DNA of 64,000 nucleotides from Ranitomeya imitator (lineage: Eukaryota), in assembly GCF_032444005.1 (NCBI RefSeq), contig NC_091285.1:651682001-651746000 (forward strand), in the 5' to 3' direction. Below the pieces are notes generated by a model. The model had not been told where the DNA came from. It made no database searches and was given only the letters and a program-made list of their open reading frames with translations. The position numbers and the translations under genes are program-made. This document shows positions 1 to 13,795 of the stretch, in pieces (the first letter of the stretch is position 1; each line of letters opens with the position of its first letter).

Positions 1-214
1 GGGACAAAATTCTGCCAGTTTAGTAACTGAATGTGTGTCCTTGGACACAGGCAGTTCAACTCTATTGCACGGCAATTGCACGGTTAACAGCCACCAGCCA
101 ATCAGAGGCAAGCAGCTGATGTCAGCACATCATCACCTCAAATGGATGAGGAAGAGGACGCTGCTGGCCCGTAACTATGTAAGGGGAAACTTTGTTTTTG
201 TACTGAAAGCCACA

Positions 215-440
215 ATATGGGACAGGATGTAGACACCATATGGAGCAGGATGGAGACACCATATGGGGCAGGGTGGAGACACCATATGGGGTAGGATGGA
301 GATACCATTTGGGGCAGGATAGAGACACCATTTGGGGCTGAGTAGAGACATCATATGGGGCAGGGTGGAGACACCATATGGGGCAGGGTGGAGTCACCAT
401 ATTGGGCAGGGTGGAGACACCAAATGGGCCAGGATAGGAA
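215..440. repeat. 23-bp minisatellite (GGAGACACCATATGGGGCAGGGT), ~9-10 degenerate copies
   Basis: Unit recurs at about 23-bp spacing. Confidence 0.8.
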
Positions 441-997
441 ATGTTATTACATGAAGGGGCCAGGATATGGGGCTAATTAATGGAAATTATTACTAATGTT
501 ATGTATTTTATTATTGAAGATACAAAGATACTGTTGTCAGTGGAGAGGAGGGTCCAATTAAATGTGCAAGGCGACACTATGTAAATTTTTTTATTCATCT
601 GACGCTGTGTGGAAGTTTGGGAAAAATTGAGGAATGTGCTCTGGAAGTAATGCTCTAGGTAGCTATGTGTCATTTTTTGCAGTGACGAGTCCTGGCTGGA
701 AGAAGTGAAGGTGGCCTGTGCTGGATGAAGAAGAAAAGTGAAGATGAATATTTTAAACTAGAGACATCACTTCAACTAGTCTGTATTACCTGTACACTTA
801 CACTATACACTGACACTATATACAGAGCTCCTGTGTATAATGTCACTGGTGATCCCCGTATTACCGGTATACTATGTGCAGAGCTCCTGTGCATAAAGTC
901 ACTGGTGAGTCCCGGTATCACCTGTTCTCTTACACTATTCACAATATAATATATACAGAGCTTCTGTGTATAAAGTCACTGGTGAGTTACTGTATAA

Positions 998-1472
998 GGC
1001 CCCTTTCATACATCAGTTTTTTGCCGTCAGTCACAATCCGTTGGCTTAACGGATCGATCGCAGATTGTGAAAAACTGATTCGACGATCGGTTTTTTCACC
1101 GGATCCGACTACCGGATCTGGCTAATTGGATCCTAAAAAAAAAAATCGGAGTGTGCTCAGTTTAAAAAACGGAATCTGTCACCGGATTCCATCATTTGAT
1201 GGATTTGGCGCCCATAGGCTTCCATATGAGCAAACGACAGACGGCGACGGATCCGTTGCTGTCCGTTTTTCGACGTACACAAAAAACGTTACTTTGTCTG
1301 TTGTCTCCGGCTGCCGGACAATTTTTGACGGATCCGGCGAACGACGGATGAAACGTGAGGCCATCCATCGCTAATACAAGTCTATGTGAAAAAAATGGAT
1401 CCGGCGGCATCAGTTTTTTCAAAATTCGACGGATTGCGACTGATAGCAAGAGACTGATGTGTGAAAGGGGTC
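998..1472. mobile_element. Non-autonomous PIF/Harbinger-like MITE
   Basis: TIRs GGCCCCTTTCATACATCAGT / ACTGATGTGTGAAAGGGGTC, flanked by TAA and TTA; interrupts a host repeat rich in ACAGAGCTCCTGTGTATAATGTCACTGGTGA. Confidence 0.75.
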
Positions 1473-3576
1473 TTACCTGTACACTGACTATAGCTCCTGT
1501 GTATAATGTCACTATAATGTCACTGGTGATCCCTGTATTATCTGTATACTATATGCAGAGTTCCTGTGTGTAATGTCACTGGTGATCCCTGTATTACTTG
1601 CACACCATATACAGAACACTGGTGATCACTGTATTGCCTGTACACATATACTATACACTATATACAGAGCTCATGTGTATAATGTCACTGGTGAGTCACT
1701 GTATCACCTGTGCACTTACACTATACACTGTATACTATGTACAGAGCTCCTTTGTATAATGACACTTGTGGTAACATTAGTATTTGTTTTTGTTTGTTTT
1801 TTTATTAATGATCAGTATTGTAGTATTCGGTCACTATATGCTGAAAATTTTGCCAATAAAGAGCCCTGAAATTTCTGGTCCATCCCTGACTGACGCAGCT
1901 GCTAAATCCCTGGTCACCAGCCTTACCACTAAATCCCTGATCAGTGGCACTGTCACTAAATTACTGGTCACCAGAATTGAGACACTATTAGGCACCAGAG
2001 TATTCATTCTCTATGATCAGTATGGCCTGGATGGGACCCATTCTGACAGGCATTGTATTTGGTGGCTATGGACTTGGAGAAGGATGGTAAATAATAAGGT
2101 CCTGGTTCTGGGGACAAGTTTTGGCATCTGACAAACCACAAATAAAATATTAGTATGAGAATAAGCCCTTCTCTTCCTGTTGGCTGATGAGTGGACGCAG
2201 CTGAAAATGATTTTCCCAATAAAAACGATGATTATTATTGAAGAAAAAAATAAACATCTGTGCTGGACAATGGATCTGCCAAATAACCCGACCCCCGCCT
2301 CACTATGTAACCAAGTAAGAATGTTCCTCCCGTCACTGACATGGCTCCTGCTGAACAGACACTAGCTAAGAATGACATCTCCGCCACCACAGTTCCGAAG
2401 TAAATCTGCGCCAAACTATATTATAGTCCATACAGAACAGGATGTGAAGCTGCATGAGAAGATGGATTAGAGTTTGGATAAATATCTATTTTTTAGAGAA
2501 AATTGTTTATGAGGCCCCCAGACACAATGACTGGGGATGGTGCTGGCATCCTTTTTTTGGAGGTTGGGTCCTCCTTGAGTCGAAGAAGGACTCACTTGTC
2601 ATTCCCAAAGCCATGGTTGATCAGGATGTGAGTTGCTTCTGACCATGGTGACATTGTCAGGGTTACAGTATGTGGGTATTAGCATTGAGATCATCAACCA
2701 CTTTGCCTTCCTTTGAAGAGGGCAACTGCCAAAAAGGAGATTCAGGCCACTTTTACGGCCTACCAGATCCTTGGTTTGAAGGTTTTGGATAAGAAGAGTC
2801 TCAGACCTAGAGAAGCCTCAGTCAACCAGTATTTTCTTCTGAAACACGTGACATGTCCGTCACTTTCCCAGCTCCTGGGTGATAGGTGCAGCCTGGTTGG
2901 GCCTCTTGTGGGCTTTCTTCTGGATGGAAGTGGTGGTCAGAAGAAGTCTGTCGTTGGTGCACTATGAGTTGCCCATGAGTTATACCATATAGATCAGTAA
3001 TAATAACCTCTTTAAAAAAATATGTCCAATGAGTGCCTTTCAAAACTATAAATGTCACCCTCCCATGAAAAATAAAGTGTATACTCACGTAATCCGAATG
3101 GCCGAGTCCTCTTCTCTTCACACAGGTAGGGCAGTGCGGTGACATCATTGTGTCGCACACATCAGCACGTTAACATCAGCAGTCGACAACTCACAGGACG
3201 GAGACTGTTAGAGTTTGCTGCCCTACCACCGGATCCTACTGTATTCATGATGTGGGTCATAGAAGCTCTTGTCCGGAGCTCTGGGACTTGTATCCTATCC
3301 TGGATCTTCAGTGCTGGCCATGCCATTCCTTTTTTTTTTTAACTTTTGAAATGTTGCACTCAGGGCATCTGTGTCAGTGTTGGGATGTGAACTGTCTTAC
3401 CCTGTTTCTTCCTCTGAAGACAACAATCGCACCATGTGTAAAGTGTCATGTGGTTTTACATGTAATTTCGATGTGCGTCTTATGCAATGAATTCTCGTAA
3501 TGTATGGCATATTAGTCATGTAAAGTGTTAATATATAATGTGCAGAGTGTATGGTGCGGGATAAGCTTAGGATAGC

Positions 3577-4398
3577 TGTTGTGAATTCTGTGGTCAAGCT
3601 CCCTCCTGTGGTCATGAGTGGTACTTCGGCTGGTTCTGTCCATGAGCTTCATCTGGTGGATGTGAGTGGGGCTGCGGCTTCTGAGTTTCCTTCCTCAGGT
3701 GACGAGGTTAGGTCGTTAGGTGCTGCTCTATTTAACTCCACCTAGTTCTTTGTTCCTTGCCTCCAGTCAATGTTCCAGTATTGGTCTTGCTCTCTCCTGG
3801 ATCGTCTTGTGGCCTGTCTGCCCTGCATAAGCTAAGTTCTGCTTGTGTTACTTTTGTTTGCTATTTTTTTCTGTCCAGCTTGCTATATTTGGTTTTTCTT
3901 GCTTGCTGGAAGCTCTGGGACGCAGAGGAAGCACCTCCGTACCGTTAGTCGGTACGGAGGGTCTTTTTGCGCCCTCTGCGTGGTTGTTTGTAGGTTTTTG
4001 TGCTGACCGCAAAGCTATCTTTACTATCCTCGGTCTATTCAGTAAGTCGGGCCTCATTTTGCTAATACCTATTTCATCTCTGTGTTTGTATTTTCATCTT
4101 TACTCACAGTCATTATATGTGGGGGGCTGCCTTTTCCTTTGGGGAATTTCTCTGAGGCAAGGTAGGCTTATTTTTCTATCTTCAGGGCTAGCTAGTTTCT
4201 CAGGCTGTGCCCGAGGCGCCTAGGTCTGGTCAGGAGCGCTCCACGGCTACCTCTAGTGTGGTGTGATAGGATTAGGGATTGCAGTCAGCAGAGTTCCCAC
4301 GTCTCAGAGCTCGTCCTATGTTGTTAGTAACTATCAGGTCACTTTGTGTGCTCTTAACCACCAGGTCCATTGTATTTCTGAATCACCAGTTCATAACA
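3577..4398. mobile_element. Solo LTR (822 bp)
   Basis: TGTTG...TAACA termini with GATAGC directly on both sides (6-bp TSD); no internal pol sequence. Confidence 0.8.
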
Positions 4399-7300
4399 GA
4401 TAGCGTATGTACGGTTTATATAGTAAGTGTTTTAGAAACAGTATAGGACATAGGATAGGAACAATAGGTTTAGTCTATAAGATAGGAAATAGCTAATGAT
4501 AGAACTAGCCCAGTGGGTGGGAACTACTTTTGTTCAAAGTGGGCCACTTCCTGCCTGTGTGTGGCTAGAGAAGTGCAGTGTCAAGGTCAAGTTCAGGTGC
4601 GGTGGGCTGCTAGGGGCAATTGTTTGAGGCAGTGGGAGACCATACTGACATCCTGGTAACGTTTGGAGTCTAGGGCTCGAGCCAGGTATCAAGGATTTGG
4701 TCATCTGACATCTCGAGGTCGGTGGACGAGTAATAACATGGGGGGGCAGGTGGCTGGTCTCGGTGCACTGCTGGAGTGGACAGGAAATCCCTGAGGCTGA
4801 TGGAGTCAATGGGCTTAGGGGTAGTCCAGGACGAACGAGTGGCAGGGCTGAAGAGGTACTGTACTAAGGAAGGAAGAAACATGAATTGCTGTTCCCTATC
4901 CCATATGTCAGCATCTGAAGAACTTGAACTAACCAGTAAACGTTTGCCTGTTGTAAAGAACTTGGTGGCCTCTGAATTGTGCGCGGCGGCTCCTGAGGAT
5001 GGAGGCCTTGAGACAGCAGAGTTCTGCAAGTAAGTGTGATGGACCCACAAGCCGTACAGCATACAGGGACTAGGACACAGTTTGTCTGTAAAGTGCCAGA
5101 GCGTAACCGGACAGCAGCTCGGTCATGACTACCTTATATTGGCGCCCTCCTCATTATACTACTGGCTTGTTTGGCCAGACCCATGACATCTTCCATCTCT
5201 TCTTGTCCTCCTTGAGGAAAGAGTCTTTTGCCCAAGAGAGTGGAGCTATGTCAACTTTGTAGATCACTGGACTAAGGAGTTCTTCCTGGTGCAGATCTTC
5301 AGTGGCTGAGATTCAAGAAGCATTAGCACTAAGGCTGGGTGCAGAAGATCGTATGTTCCGAGAGAATCGGGACGGTTATGCTAATCACCCTCACAGTGTG
5401 ATCTGATTTTCTTGGATGGGGAAAAAAAAAGTCTCCCTCTTTTCTATTCTGTCAATCCGTGAAAATCGGACCACACTCAGAGTGCAGTCCGATGGTTCCC
5501 ACACACTCATTCACTGCAAGGCGTGCATGCTGCAACAGACTCGATCTGGGGAAAAAAAAATCAGACATGTGTGGACAAATACAATAACATTGGTCCAAAT
5601 GCGCTTCAATGTTTTGTTGGGTCACACTCAGACCAAAAATACGGTCGGTCGACTGCACGAGCCCTAAATCACAGTCGCACACAGGACCGTCTAGCTGTAG
5701 GCCGGGAAGTGGCGGATGACCGGGGGCCTTCTCGTTCCCAAGAGAATGCAGTGGAGTGAAGGTGAAACTAATCAACGATCTCCAAAGGCCAAGTGCAGGG
5801 GGGTCCTCAAAGGGAATGAGCTGTCAAGTGGACTGAGAAGAACAGATGCTACACTTGATCCTAGCCAAAAAGGTGGAGGAGCGGTCACCACGGTTTCAGC
5901 ATTTATATATACATACACACAGAAACCTAATGTAAAGAAAAGTTCGGCAACTTTGTAGACCTAAAAAAAAATATTGGGACAATGTATCAGGGCAATTAAA
6001 ATCAACCTGGAGTCCCGACTGTCCATCCCACCAAAGATTAATGAGGCTGGATTCACTGGCCCCAACCTCTCTACTTCTTGGCCTGTATAGATTTGAACAT
6101 AACATGGAAGTTCCCATTAAGTGACAGAGCAAGCAGAGTTTTTGTAAATGATGCGGGACTTGAAATAAAGTTTATTAGAAAGTTGAGGAACATTTCCTTC
6201 AGAGTCATCTAAAGAGGACTTCTGTCGAGGCAAATACAGGTCGTTCATTTTATACTTTCTGTATCATCTTCCCACGGTTTTCACGTGATGGACACACGGT
6301 CTTACATCAGCAGCTCACATATTTTTTTTATCCTGGGAGTAAACCATGAAGGTTCTTCTTGTATGACAGAGATCTTAAAAAAAAAAAAAAACTGTAAAAA
6401 AGTAACCTCAGAAAAAATACATGCCTAGGGAAGGCAGCTTTTGCAATAGATAAATACATCCGAAAAAAGAACAAGAGAGAGCTATGGCCTTAAAATAGTG
6501 AACATACTTTATTTCAATCAATAGGTAAACAAGAAAAAAACAGTATTAGGCCATGTTCACACAGTGCGTTTTTTACTGCGGAACCGCAGCGGTTTTGCCG
6601 CTGCGGTTCCGCAGCTGTTTTCCATGCAGGGTACATAACAATGTAACCCTATGGAAAACAGTCACTGCTGTGCACATGATCCGGAATTGCGTTTAAAAAG
6701 CCGCGCAGAATAGCTGCGGCAAAAAAGAAGGAGCATGTCACTTCTTTTTCCTAAACCGCAGCGGTTCTGCACCCATAGACCTCCATTGTGAGGTCAAAAC
6801 CGCAGTAAAACCCGCAGATCAAAAATATATCTGCGGGTTTTACTGCGGTTTGATGTGCAGAACCGCTGCAGCAGGAAGTGCGGGGAAGCGGGAGGAAGTC
6901 CGTGGGCGGAAGTGAGTGGGCGTGTTGTGTCGTTCCTGAAGAGACTGTCATCATGGAGGCATACCGTCGCATGGGGATCGATGTCGGGCGTCTGATTGAT
7001 CTGGTATGTCTGTGTGTCCGTCCCCATGCGACGATATGCCTCCATTGTGCTAAGTCGCCGTATCGGACTACTACTCCCATCCGGTATTTAGGATGGGAGA
7101 GTTGTCCCTGTGTCCGGCGACTTAGCACAATACTAAAGTTTACACCAAACACAAACACAATACACATACATGACACACAGTACAGTACATACAACACATA
7201 ACATAGAGTATATACTCACCATACACCACACTTGTAGGCGAAGCCCTCGATCCTCAAGGAAAAAAAAATCACAAAATAAAAAATCAAATCCATACTCCCT

Positions 7301-8054
7301 GTCCGCAGAATCCATAACCGAGTGTCTCACGCCAATCTCCTGCTCTCCGGTGATACACTGCCAGGAGCGAAGCTCCTAGCAGTGTATCGCGTACTGTCCC
7401 GGAGTTCAATGGCGCCGGCGTCTCGGTTAACGGCAGTACAGCTGCGTTGAACTTTCCCACGCAGCACTGCCGTTAAGCGAGAGTGCCGGGGTCAATGACC
7501 GCCGGTAAACTCGCTCGCGCATGCGCAGTGACACACCGACAGGAACTATGGCTGCAGCCGTGGAGAGCAGACACATCTCTGGATGTGTCTGTTCTCCATG
7601 GAAGATCTTCGTGGGACCCTCGATGGATTTCTGCGGACAGGGCCAGGGAGTATGAATTTGTTTTTTTATTTTGCCTTTTTTTCAGGTCGAGGGTCTTCAG
7701 GATGGATTAAGCGTACAATAAAAAATGGTCAAAAAGTGGGTGTCTTTATTTCATTAAAATATTTTTTTCTAGTCTTTGTGTTTTTTTTTTAACCCTTTCA
7801 TTGGCTTAATAATGGATAGGCGTCTCATTGACGCCTCTCCATTATTAACCGGGCTTAATGCCACCTTACAATAGCAAGGTGGCATTAACCCCTCATTACC
7901 CCATATCCCACCGCTACACGGGAGTGGGAAGAGAGGGGCTAAGTGCCGGAATTGGCGCATCTTTTTGATGCGCCTTTTCCGGGGCGGCTGCGGGCTTATA
8001 TTTGTAGCCAGGGGGGGGCAAATATCCATGGCCCCTTTCCTAGGCTATGAATAT

Positions 8055-8470
8055 AAGCCCACGGCTGTCTGCGTAGCCTTTCTGGCCTAAAAATATAGGG
8101 GGACCCCAACAGGTTTTTTTTTTCGGGGCCCCCTATATTTTAGTGCCAGAAAGGCTACGCAGACAGCTGTGGGTTAATATTCATAGCCTGGGAACAGCCA
8201 TGGGTATTTTAACCCCTTCCCGGGCCTCAAATATTGGCCCACAGCTGTCTGCTTAGCCTTTCGGGCCTAAAAATATAGGGGGACCCCAACACGTTTTTTT
8301 TTCGGGGCCCCCTATATTTTAGTGCCAGAAAGGCTACGCAGACAGCTGTGGGTTAATATTCATAGCCTGGGAACAGCCATGGGTATTTTAACCCCTTCCC
8401 GGGCCTCAAATATTGGCCCACGGCTGTCTGCCTAGCCTTTCTGGACTAAAAATAGAGGGGGACCCTATGT
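8055..8470. repeat. About 180-bp internally palindromic tandem repeat (~2.3 copies) inside the Harbinger
   Basis: CTGTCTGCNTAGCCTTT recurs at 8065, 8245 and 8424; each unit contains an inverted repeat. Confidence 0.75.
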
Positions 8471-8604
8471 ATTTTTTTTTAGGGTGTTCACATAAATTAT
8501 AGTAACCCTTAATAGGATTAATAATGGATAGGCGTCTTATTGACGCCTCTCCATTATTAACCGTGCTTAATGCCACCTTACAATAGCAACACTATCATTA
8601 ACCC

Positions 8605-9875
8605 TAGGATCCCTTTAGGGGTAGGAGTAGGGTTAGGGTTAGTATCCCTTTAGGGGTAGGGTTAGGGTTAGGATCCCTTTAGGGGTAGGGTTAGGGTTAG
8701 GATCCCTTTAGGGGTAGGGTTAGGGTTAGGATCCCTTTAGGGGTAGGGTTAGGATCCCTTTAGGGGTAGGGTTAGGGTTAGGATCCCTTTAGGGGTAGGG
8801 TTAGGGTTAGGATCCCTTTAGGGGTAGGGTTAGGGTTAGGATCCCTTTAGGGGTAGGGTTAGGGTTAGGATCCCTTTAGGGGTAGGGTTAGGGTTAGGAT
8901 CCCTTTAGGGGTAGGGTTAGGGTTAGGATCCCTTTAGGGTTAGGGTTAGGATCCCTTTAGGGGTAGGGGTAGGATCCCTTTTGTGGTTGTGTTATGTTTA
9001 GGATCCCTTTAGGGGTAGGGTTAGGATCCCTTTAGGGGTAGGGTTAGGATCCCTTTAGGGGTAGGGTTAGGGTTAGGATCCCTTTAGGGGTAGGGTTAGG
9101 ATCCCTTTAGGGGTAGGGTTAGGGTTAGGATCCCTTTAGGGGTAGGGTTAGGGTTAGGATCCCTTTAGGGGTAGGGTTAGGGTTAGGATCCCTTTAGGGG
9201 TAGGGTTAGGGTTAGGATCCCTTTAGGGGTAGGGTTAGGATCCCTTTTGTGGTTGTGTTATGTTTAGGATCCCTTTAGGGGTAGGGTTAGGATCCCTTTA
9301 GGGGTAGGGTTAGGGTTAGGATCCCTTTAGGGGTAGGGTTAGGATCCCTTTAGGGGTAGGGTTAGGATCCTTTTAGGGGTAGGGTTAGGATCCCTTTAGG
9401 GGTAGGGTTAGGATCCCTTTAGGGGTAGGGTTAGGATCCCTTTAGGGGTAGGGTTAGGATCCCTTTAGGGGTAGGGTTAGGATCCCTTTAGGGGTAGGGT
9501 TAGGGTTAGGATCCCTTTAGGGGTAGGGTTAGGATCCCTTTAGGGGTAGGGTTAGGGTCCCTTTAGGGGTAGGGTTAGGGTTAGGATCCCTTTAGGGGTA
9601 GGGTTAGGGTTAGGATCCCTTTAGGGGTAGGATCCCTTTAGGGGTAGGGTTAGGATCCCTTTTGTGGTTGTGTTATGTTTAGGATCCCTTTAGGGGTAGG
9701 GTTAGGGTTAGGATCCCTTTAGGGGTAGGGTTAGGGTTAGGATCCCTTTAGGGGTAGCGTTAGGGTTAGGATCCCTTTAGGGGTAGGGTTAGGATCCCTT
9801 TAGGGGTAGGGTTAGGATCCCTTTTGTGGTTGTGTTATGTTTAGGATCCCTTTTGGGGTAGGGTGCTTAGGGTTA
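8605..9875 (+). repeat. TTAGGG-containing G-rich minisatellite (23/29-bp units, GGATCCCTTTAGGGGTAGGGTT[AGGGTT]A)
   Basis: Direct reading; variant unit TTTGTGGTTGTGTTATGTTTA near 8981, 9247, 9662 and 9824. Confidence 0.95.
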
Positions 9876-10138
9876 TGAGCCCTAACCCTACCCTAACTAT
9901 TTCAGTTTATAGTCGGTTTTTTACTTAATGTTGTTGATTGTCGCACGCAGCGCTCAGGATTGACGGCGACAGAGCTAGTAGTAAAACAACTGCACACAAA
10001 CGTTTTTATTGGTGTTTGTGTTTTCAGTTTGTGCTTGTGTTCATTTATTAGGGGTTACTTTGAAATATTTCCAGCATTTGTGTAACATTACTTGGTCGTG
10101 CTATAGATTATGAGATGACACTATTGTATTTATTGTAG

Positions 10139-11282
10139 GTTCGGGATTATCCGGCCTTGTGGGACCCAGCCGATGAATCACACAAGGATAAGTACTTCAG
10201 GGAACTAGCCTGGACAAAAATAGTGCGCGACCTTATCCCGGATTGGGACAAATATCCTGGGACTACACAGCAGCAAATCGGTAATTTTAATTAAATTTAT
10301 TTAGTAAACCTTGAGTATATTAAAAATATAATTTGTTTAGATCTCTCAAAAAATGTTGTTGTATTTTGTAACCTTTTTTTGGTAGATAACGATGTGAGGC
10401 AACGTTGGCGCTCCATCAGAGACCGTTTTACTAAATTCCTCAATGAATGCTCAAAGAGTGGCTCTTCGCCAAGCAAAACTAAATTCCCCTTTAGTGAAGA
10501 GCTACAGTTTCTTGTGTCCAGTAGGACATTGAGAAAGTAAGTTAAAATCCACTCCACACGATTATTTATATATAATATGTTGTGCGAAAAGTTAATGTTT
10601 TTTTTTTTCACCAACAGGACGGAAGGAAACATGTCGGTAGCTGATTTGGAGGACAGCGACAAAGAGGATGGAGCAGGCAGTTCCTCTGGAGTGGGAGGGA
10701 CCATCTCTACCTCCACTCCCACAGCTTCTGCTGAATCAGCATCCACTTCAGCAGCTGCTGCATCAACATCTAGTTCAGCAGCTGCTGAAGCATCTGATTC
10801 CGCAGAAGCTGTGAGAGTGGAGAAGAGAGCTGTCTATCCGGTGGCAGCAGAGAAAAAAAAAAAACAAAACAAAGAAGAACCAAGATGACCAAACGGTCCA
10901 AATAGCTTGTGACACATTAGATTTATTAAAAAAATCTAGTTCCGATGACCATTGCGACTCCTTTGCACAAACTGTCGCCAGAAAAACACGCTCCCTGCCA
11001 CCGGATAGACAATCTCTTTTCATGTCTATGGTCCAGATGTCCCTCACTGCTCTGGAGGACCCTGCTCCGATTTCTCCCTACAATGAGGTTCTGATGGGGG
11101 TGTTGGGACTTTTCAGGCCCCGACACCAAACACCTGAAACACAAGCTACCAGACCCCAGTATTTGGCCCACAGCCAAGGAAGTTCTGGAGACAGAGGCAG
11201 TTCGCAGCATATGGGGGGAGCACCGTATCAATCTGAGGGAACAAATTTCCTCTATTCTCCCGAATATACATTTCTGAATTGA
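10139..11282 (+). pseudogene. Harbinger Myb/SANT (MADF) plus BESS-like protein; exons 10139-10280, 10386-10536, 10618-11282; +1 frameshift in the A12 run at 10853-10864
   Basis: Spliced translation VRDYPALWDP...AWTKIV...RWRSIRDRF...EELQFL; C-terminal DSFAQTVARKTRSLPPDRQ; GT-AG phases 1 and 2 are consistent; first exon not found. Confidence 0.75.
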
Positions 11283-11794
11283 ACGTGGGCAAAAGTTTTC
11301 AGTTGCACAAAGTTCCTTTTTTTTTTTTTTTAGCTCCAGTTGGCTGTTGGATTTGAAAGGGGCTTTTTTTTTTTTTTTTTTTCTAATTGAAAAATCTTTT
11401 GTAAAGATTACAAAGAATTTGTGTTCTTTTAAATAAATTATATTTCACACAAAATATTCTCTTCTTTATTACAATGGGGACAAGGCCGCTATCCTGGGTT
11501 TATGGGCTATCAATTAGTGGTTTATGGGTTGATGTGTTAACAATTGTATACGTCATACTGCTATTATTTTCATAAAACACCAACAATTTTTTAGACATAA
11601 AAAAAAAAAAAGAAAACAAATTAAACCAAAATAGATTTTTTATTTATATTACAACCAATTTTTTAAAACTGTTTTTGGTAACATGAAACAAAAATTTTTT
11701 TTTTCAAACTTTTGTGTTGGTTGCTGGCGTTTACCATTCTTCGGGATGTTTTCAAAACTGTTATCAGCGATGTCGGCAACATTTTTGGGGGGGG

Positions 11795-13542
11795 TCAGTG
11801 TAGATGCATCCTTCTCTGCTGGTCAGGCTGCTCAACACCAGCACAGGAGTATTGCCAGTGCACGGCACCTTCAGGACTCATAAAGTAGTCAGTGAAGGAT
11901 TCTCTCACACGCACACCAGAGTTGGACGGCCTACCCAGACCCCCGTTGTCAACTGGATTAAATACTGGCTGCTGGTACTCCACATCAACGTCGGTGTTGT
12001 ATTCACGAGCATAGTTGTGGAGTACACAGCAAGCCTTTATCACAGCATCAACGGTGTCTGTGTCCAACTGAATGGCAGTGTGAAAGATCCTCCACTGACT
12101 AGTCATGATCCCAAAGGTGCATTCCACATATCTGCGTGCACGACTCAGCCGATAATTAAAAATCCTCCGTCGGGCATCCAGTCCCCTTCGTGGGTATGGG
12201 CGCAGCAGGGTTGTCGTTAAGGGAAACGCCTCATCCGATACCATCACGAAGGGCACTGGATGTGTGGAACCCGGCAAAGGTCGTGGGGCTGGGAGCGTGC
12301 CGCCATCTCGAAGAATTTGCATCCCAATCTGTGACGTTCGCAACACCCGAGAATCCCCAGTACTACCATAGGCACCAACGTCAGTGGCAACAAATTTGTA
12401 ATGGGCATCAGCCACCGCCATCAGGACCACTGAAAAATACTTCTTATAATTAAAGAAGCGTGATCCTGATCGTGGTGGCTGCTGAACCCGAACATGTTTA
12501 CCATCGACTGCACCTATGCAGTTTGGGAAATTGGCCACAGACTGAAAGCCTGCTGCAACCTGCAGCCAAGTCTCCTCGGTTGGGGAAGGCATCACCATGG
12601 GCTGCAACTTCTGCCAGATGACGGTACATGTACACCTCACAATGTTAGAGATGGTAGATTTACCAACTCTAAATTGGAGGTGCAGGGATGTATAGCTCTC
12701 TCCTGTGGCCAAAAATCTGAAAAGAAACAAAAAAGAAAATTAGAAATGTCACACAAAAAGCTAATTACAACATGTCACAAGTTAAAGCCGCTATTATATG
12801 CGTCCAGCACCATTCAATAATGCTGGCATTAACACCCAGCACAACACAAAGGGTGTAAAAAACATTAATAAAAGGCCTGATGGGACTTGTGCACACACGC
12901 ATGCGAGATATGACCAAGTGTTGCATGGTAATCCCCGGACCTGCTGCATGCACTCCGTTGTGGAGCGTGCGGCTCCATGTATTGGTATGTGGGTGCAGAC
13001 TCCGCTCCAGACTGCAGGCGGCAGGGCCGGGGTTTACCATGCAACACTCAGCCGTATCTCACGTGTGTGTGTGTGTGTGTGTGTATGTGTCCCCCCTGTC
13101 CAACAGGAGGACTGGGTGGGTTTAATCACACATACTGGACACAGAGACACAAGTAAAATACAGACCTAACAACATTCCCCCAAAAAATTGTTACTTACCG
13201 CAAGGTGATGAGCAGCCTTTCTTCAGCAGAGATGGACTTCCTCATCACCATGTCTTGCAGTGTTAAATGGGGTGCCAGGATGGTAAGCAGTCTGTCAAAG
13301 GCAATAATTGGTAACCGACAAAACGATATAAATTTTTCAGGATATCTGAAAATTGCAAAAGAACAACAAAAAAGGGTTACTTCACAAGTATTGCTAGCAA
13401 AAAAAGGTAAATTAGTCATTCTATATATTTCTACTTACCTCCTCAAATCATTGTACAGCACATGAAAGTGCCCCTTCTCAGTTCGGTCTTCTACAAGCGG
13501 GTGCACCCACATTCGTTTCTGCACACGTCTTCTCTGCCGCCG
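11795..13542 (-). CDS. Harbinger (HARBI1-family) DDE transposase; exons 13542-13439, 13345-13199, 12716-11795 (1173 nt, open)
   Basis: RMWVHP...LYNDLRRYPEKF...EERLLITLRFLATG...GAVDGKHV...VSDEAFPL...RRYVECTFG; all three acidic catalytic positions present; start exon uncertain. Confidence 0.9.
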
Positions 13543-13795
13543 CTAAATAGAAAAAAAAATATATATTTTGTAAACACAACAATTAGAAAAATATATCAAA
13601 CATGCCTGGAAAACAATGTCGATTATGTAAGGGTACGTGTCCACATTCAGGAAGGCCCACCCCATTCTGGGACGCAATGATGCCAGATGTGTTCATTGTA
13701 CAAATCCAGCATCATCACACCCGACGCATAGGGCCCCGTTTTATTCCTTGCGGAGCCGCAGTTTCACAACAAGGAACACGGACATGCTGTGATCA

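Noticed and set aside
4534-5340. Fragmentary ORFs, possibly a decayed retroelement ORF1
   Set aside because: Many stops and no motif I can assign with confidence
8605-9875. Chromosome end or telomere fusion site
   Set aside because: Units are composite rather than pure TTAGGG and lie inside a TIR-bounded transposon
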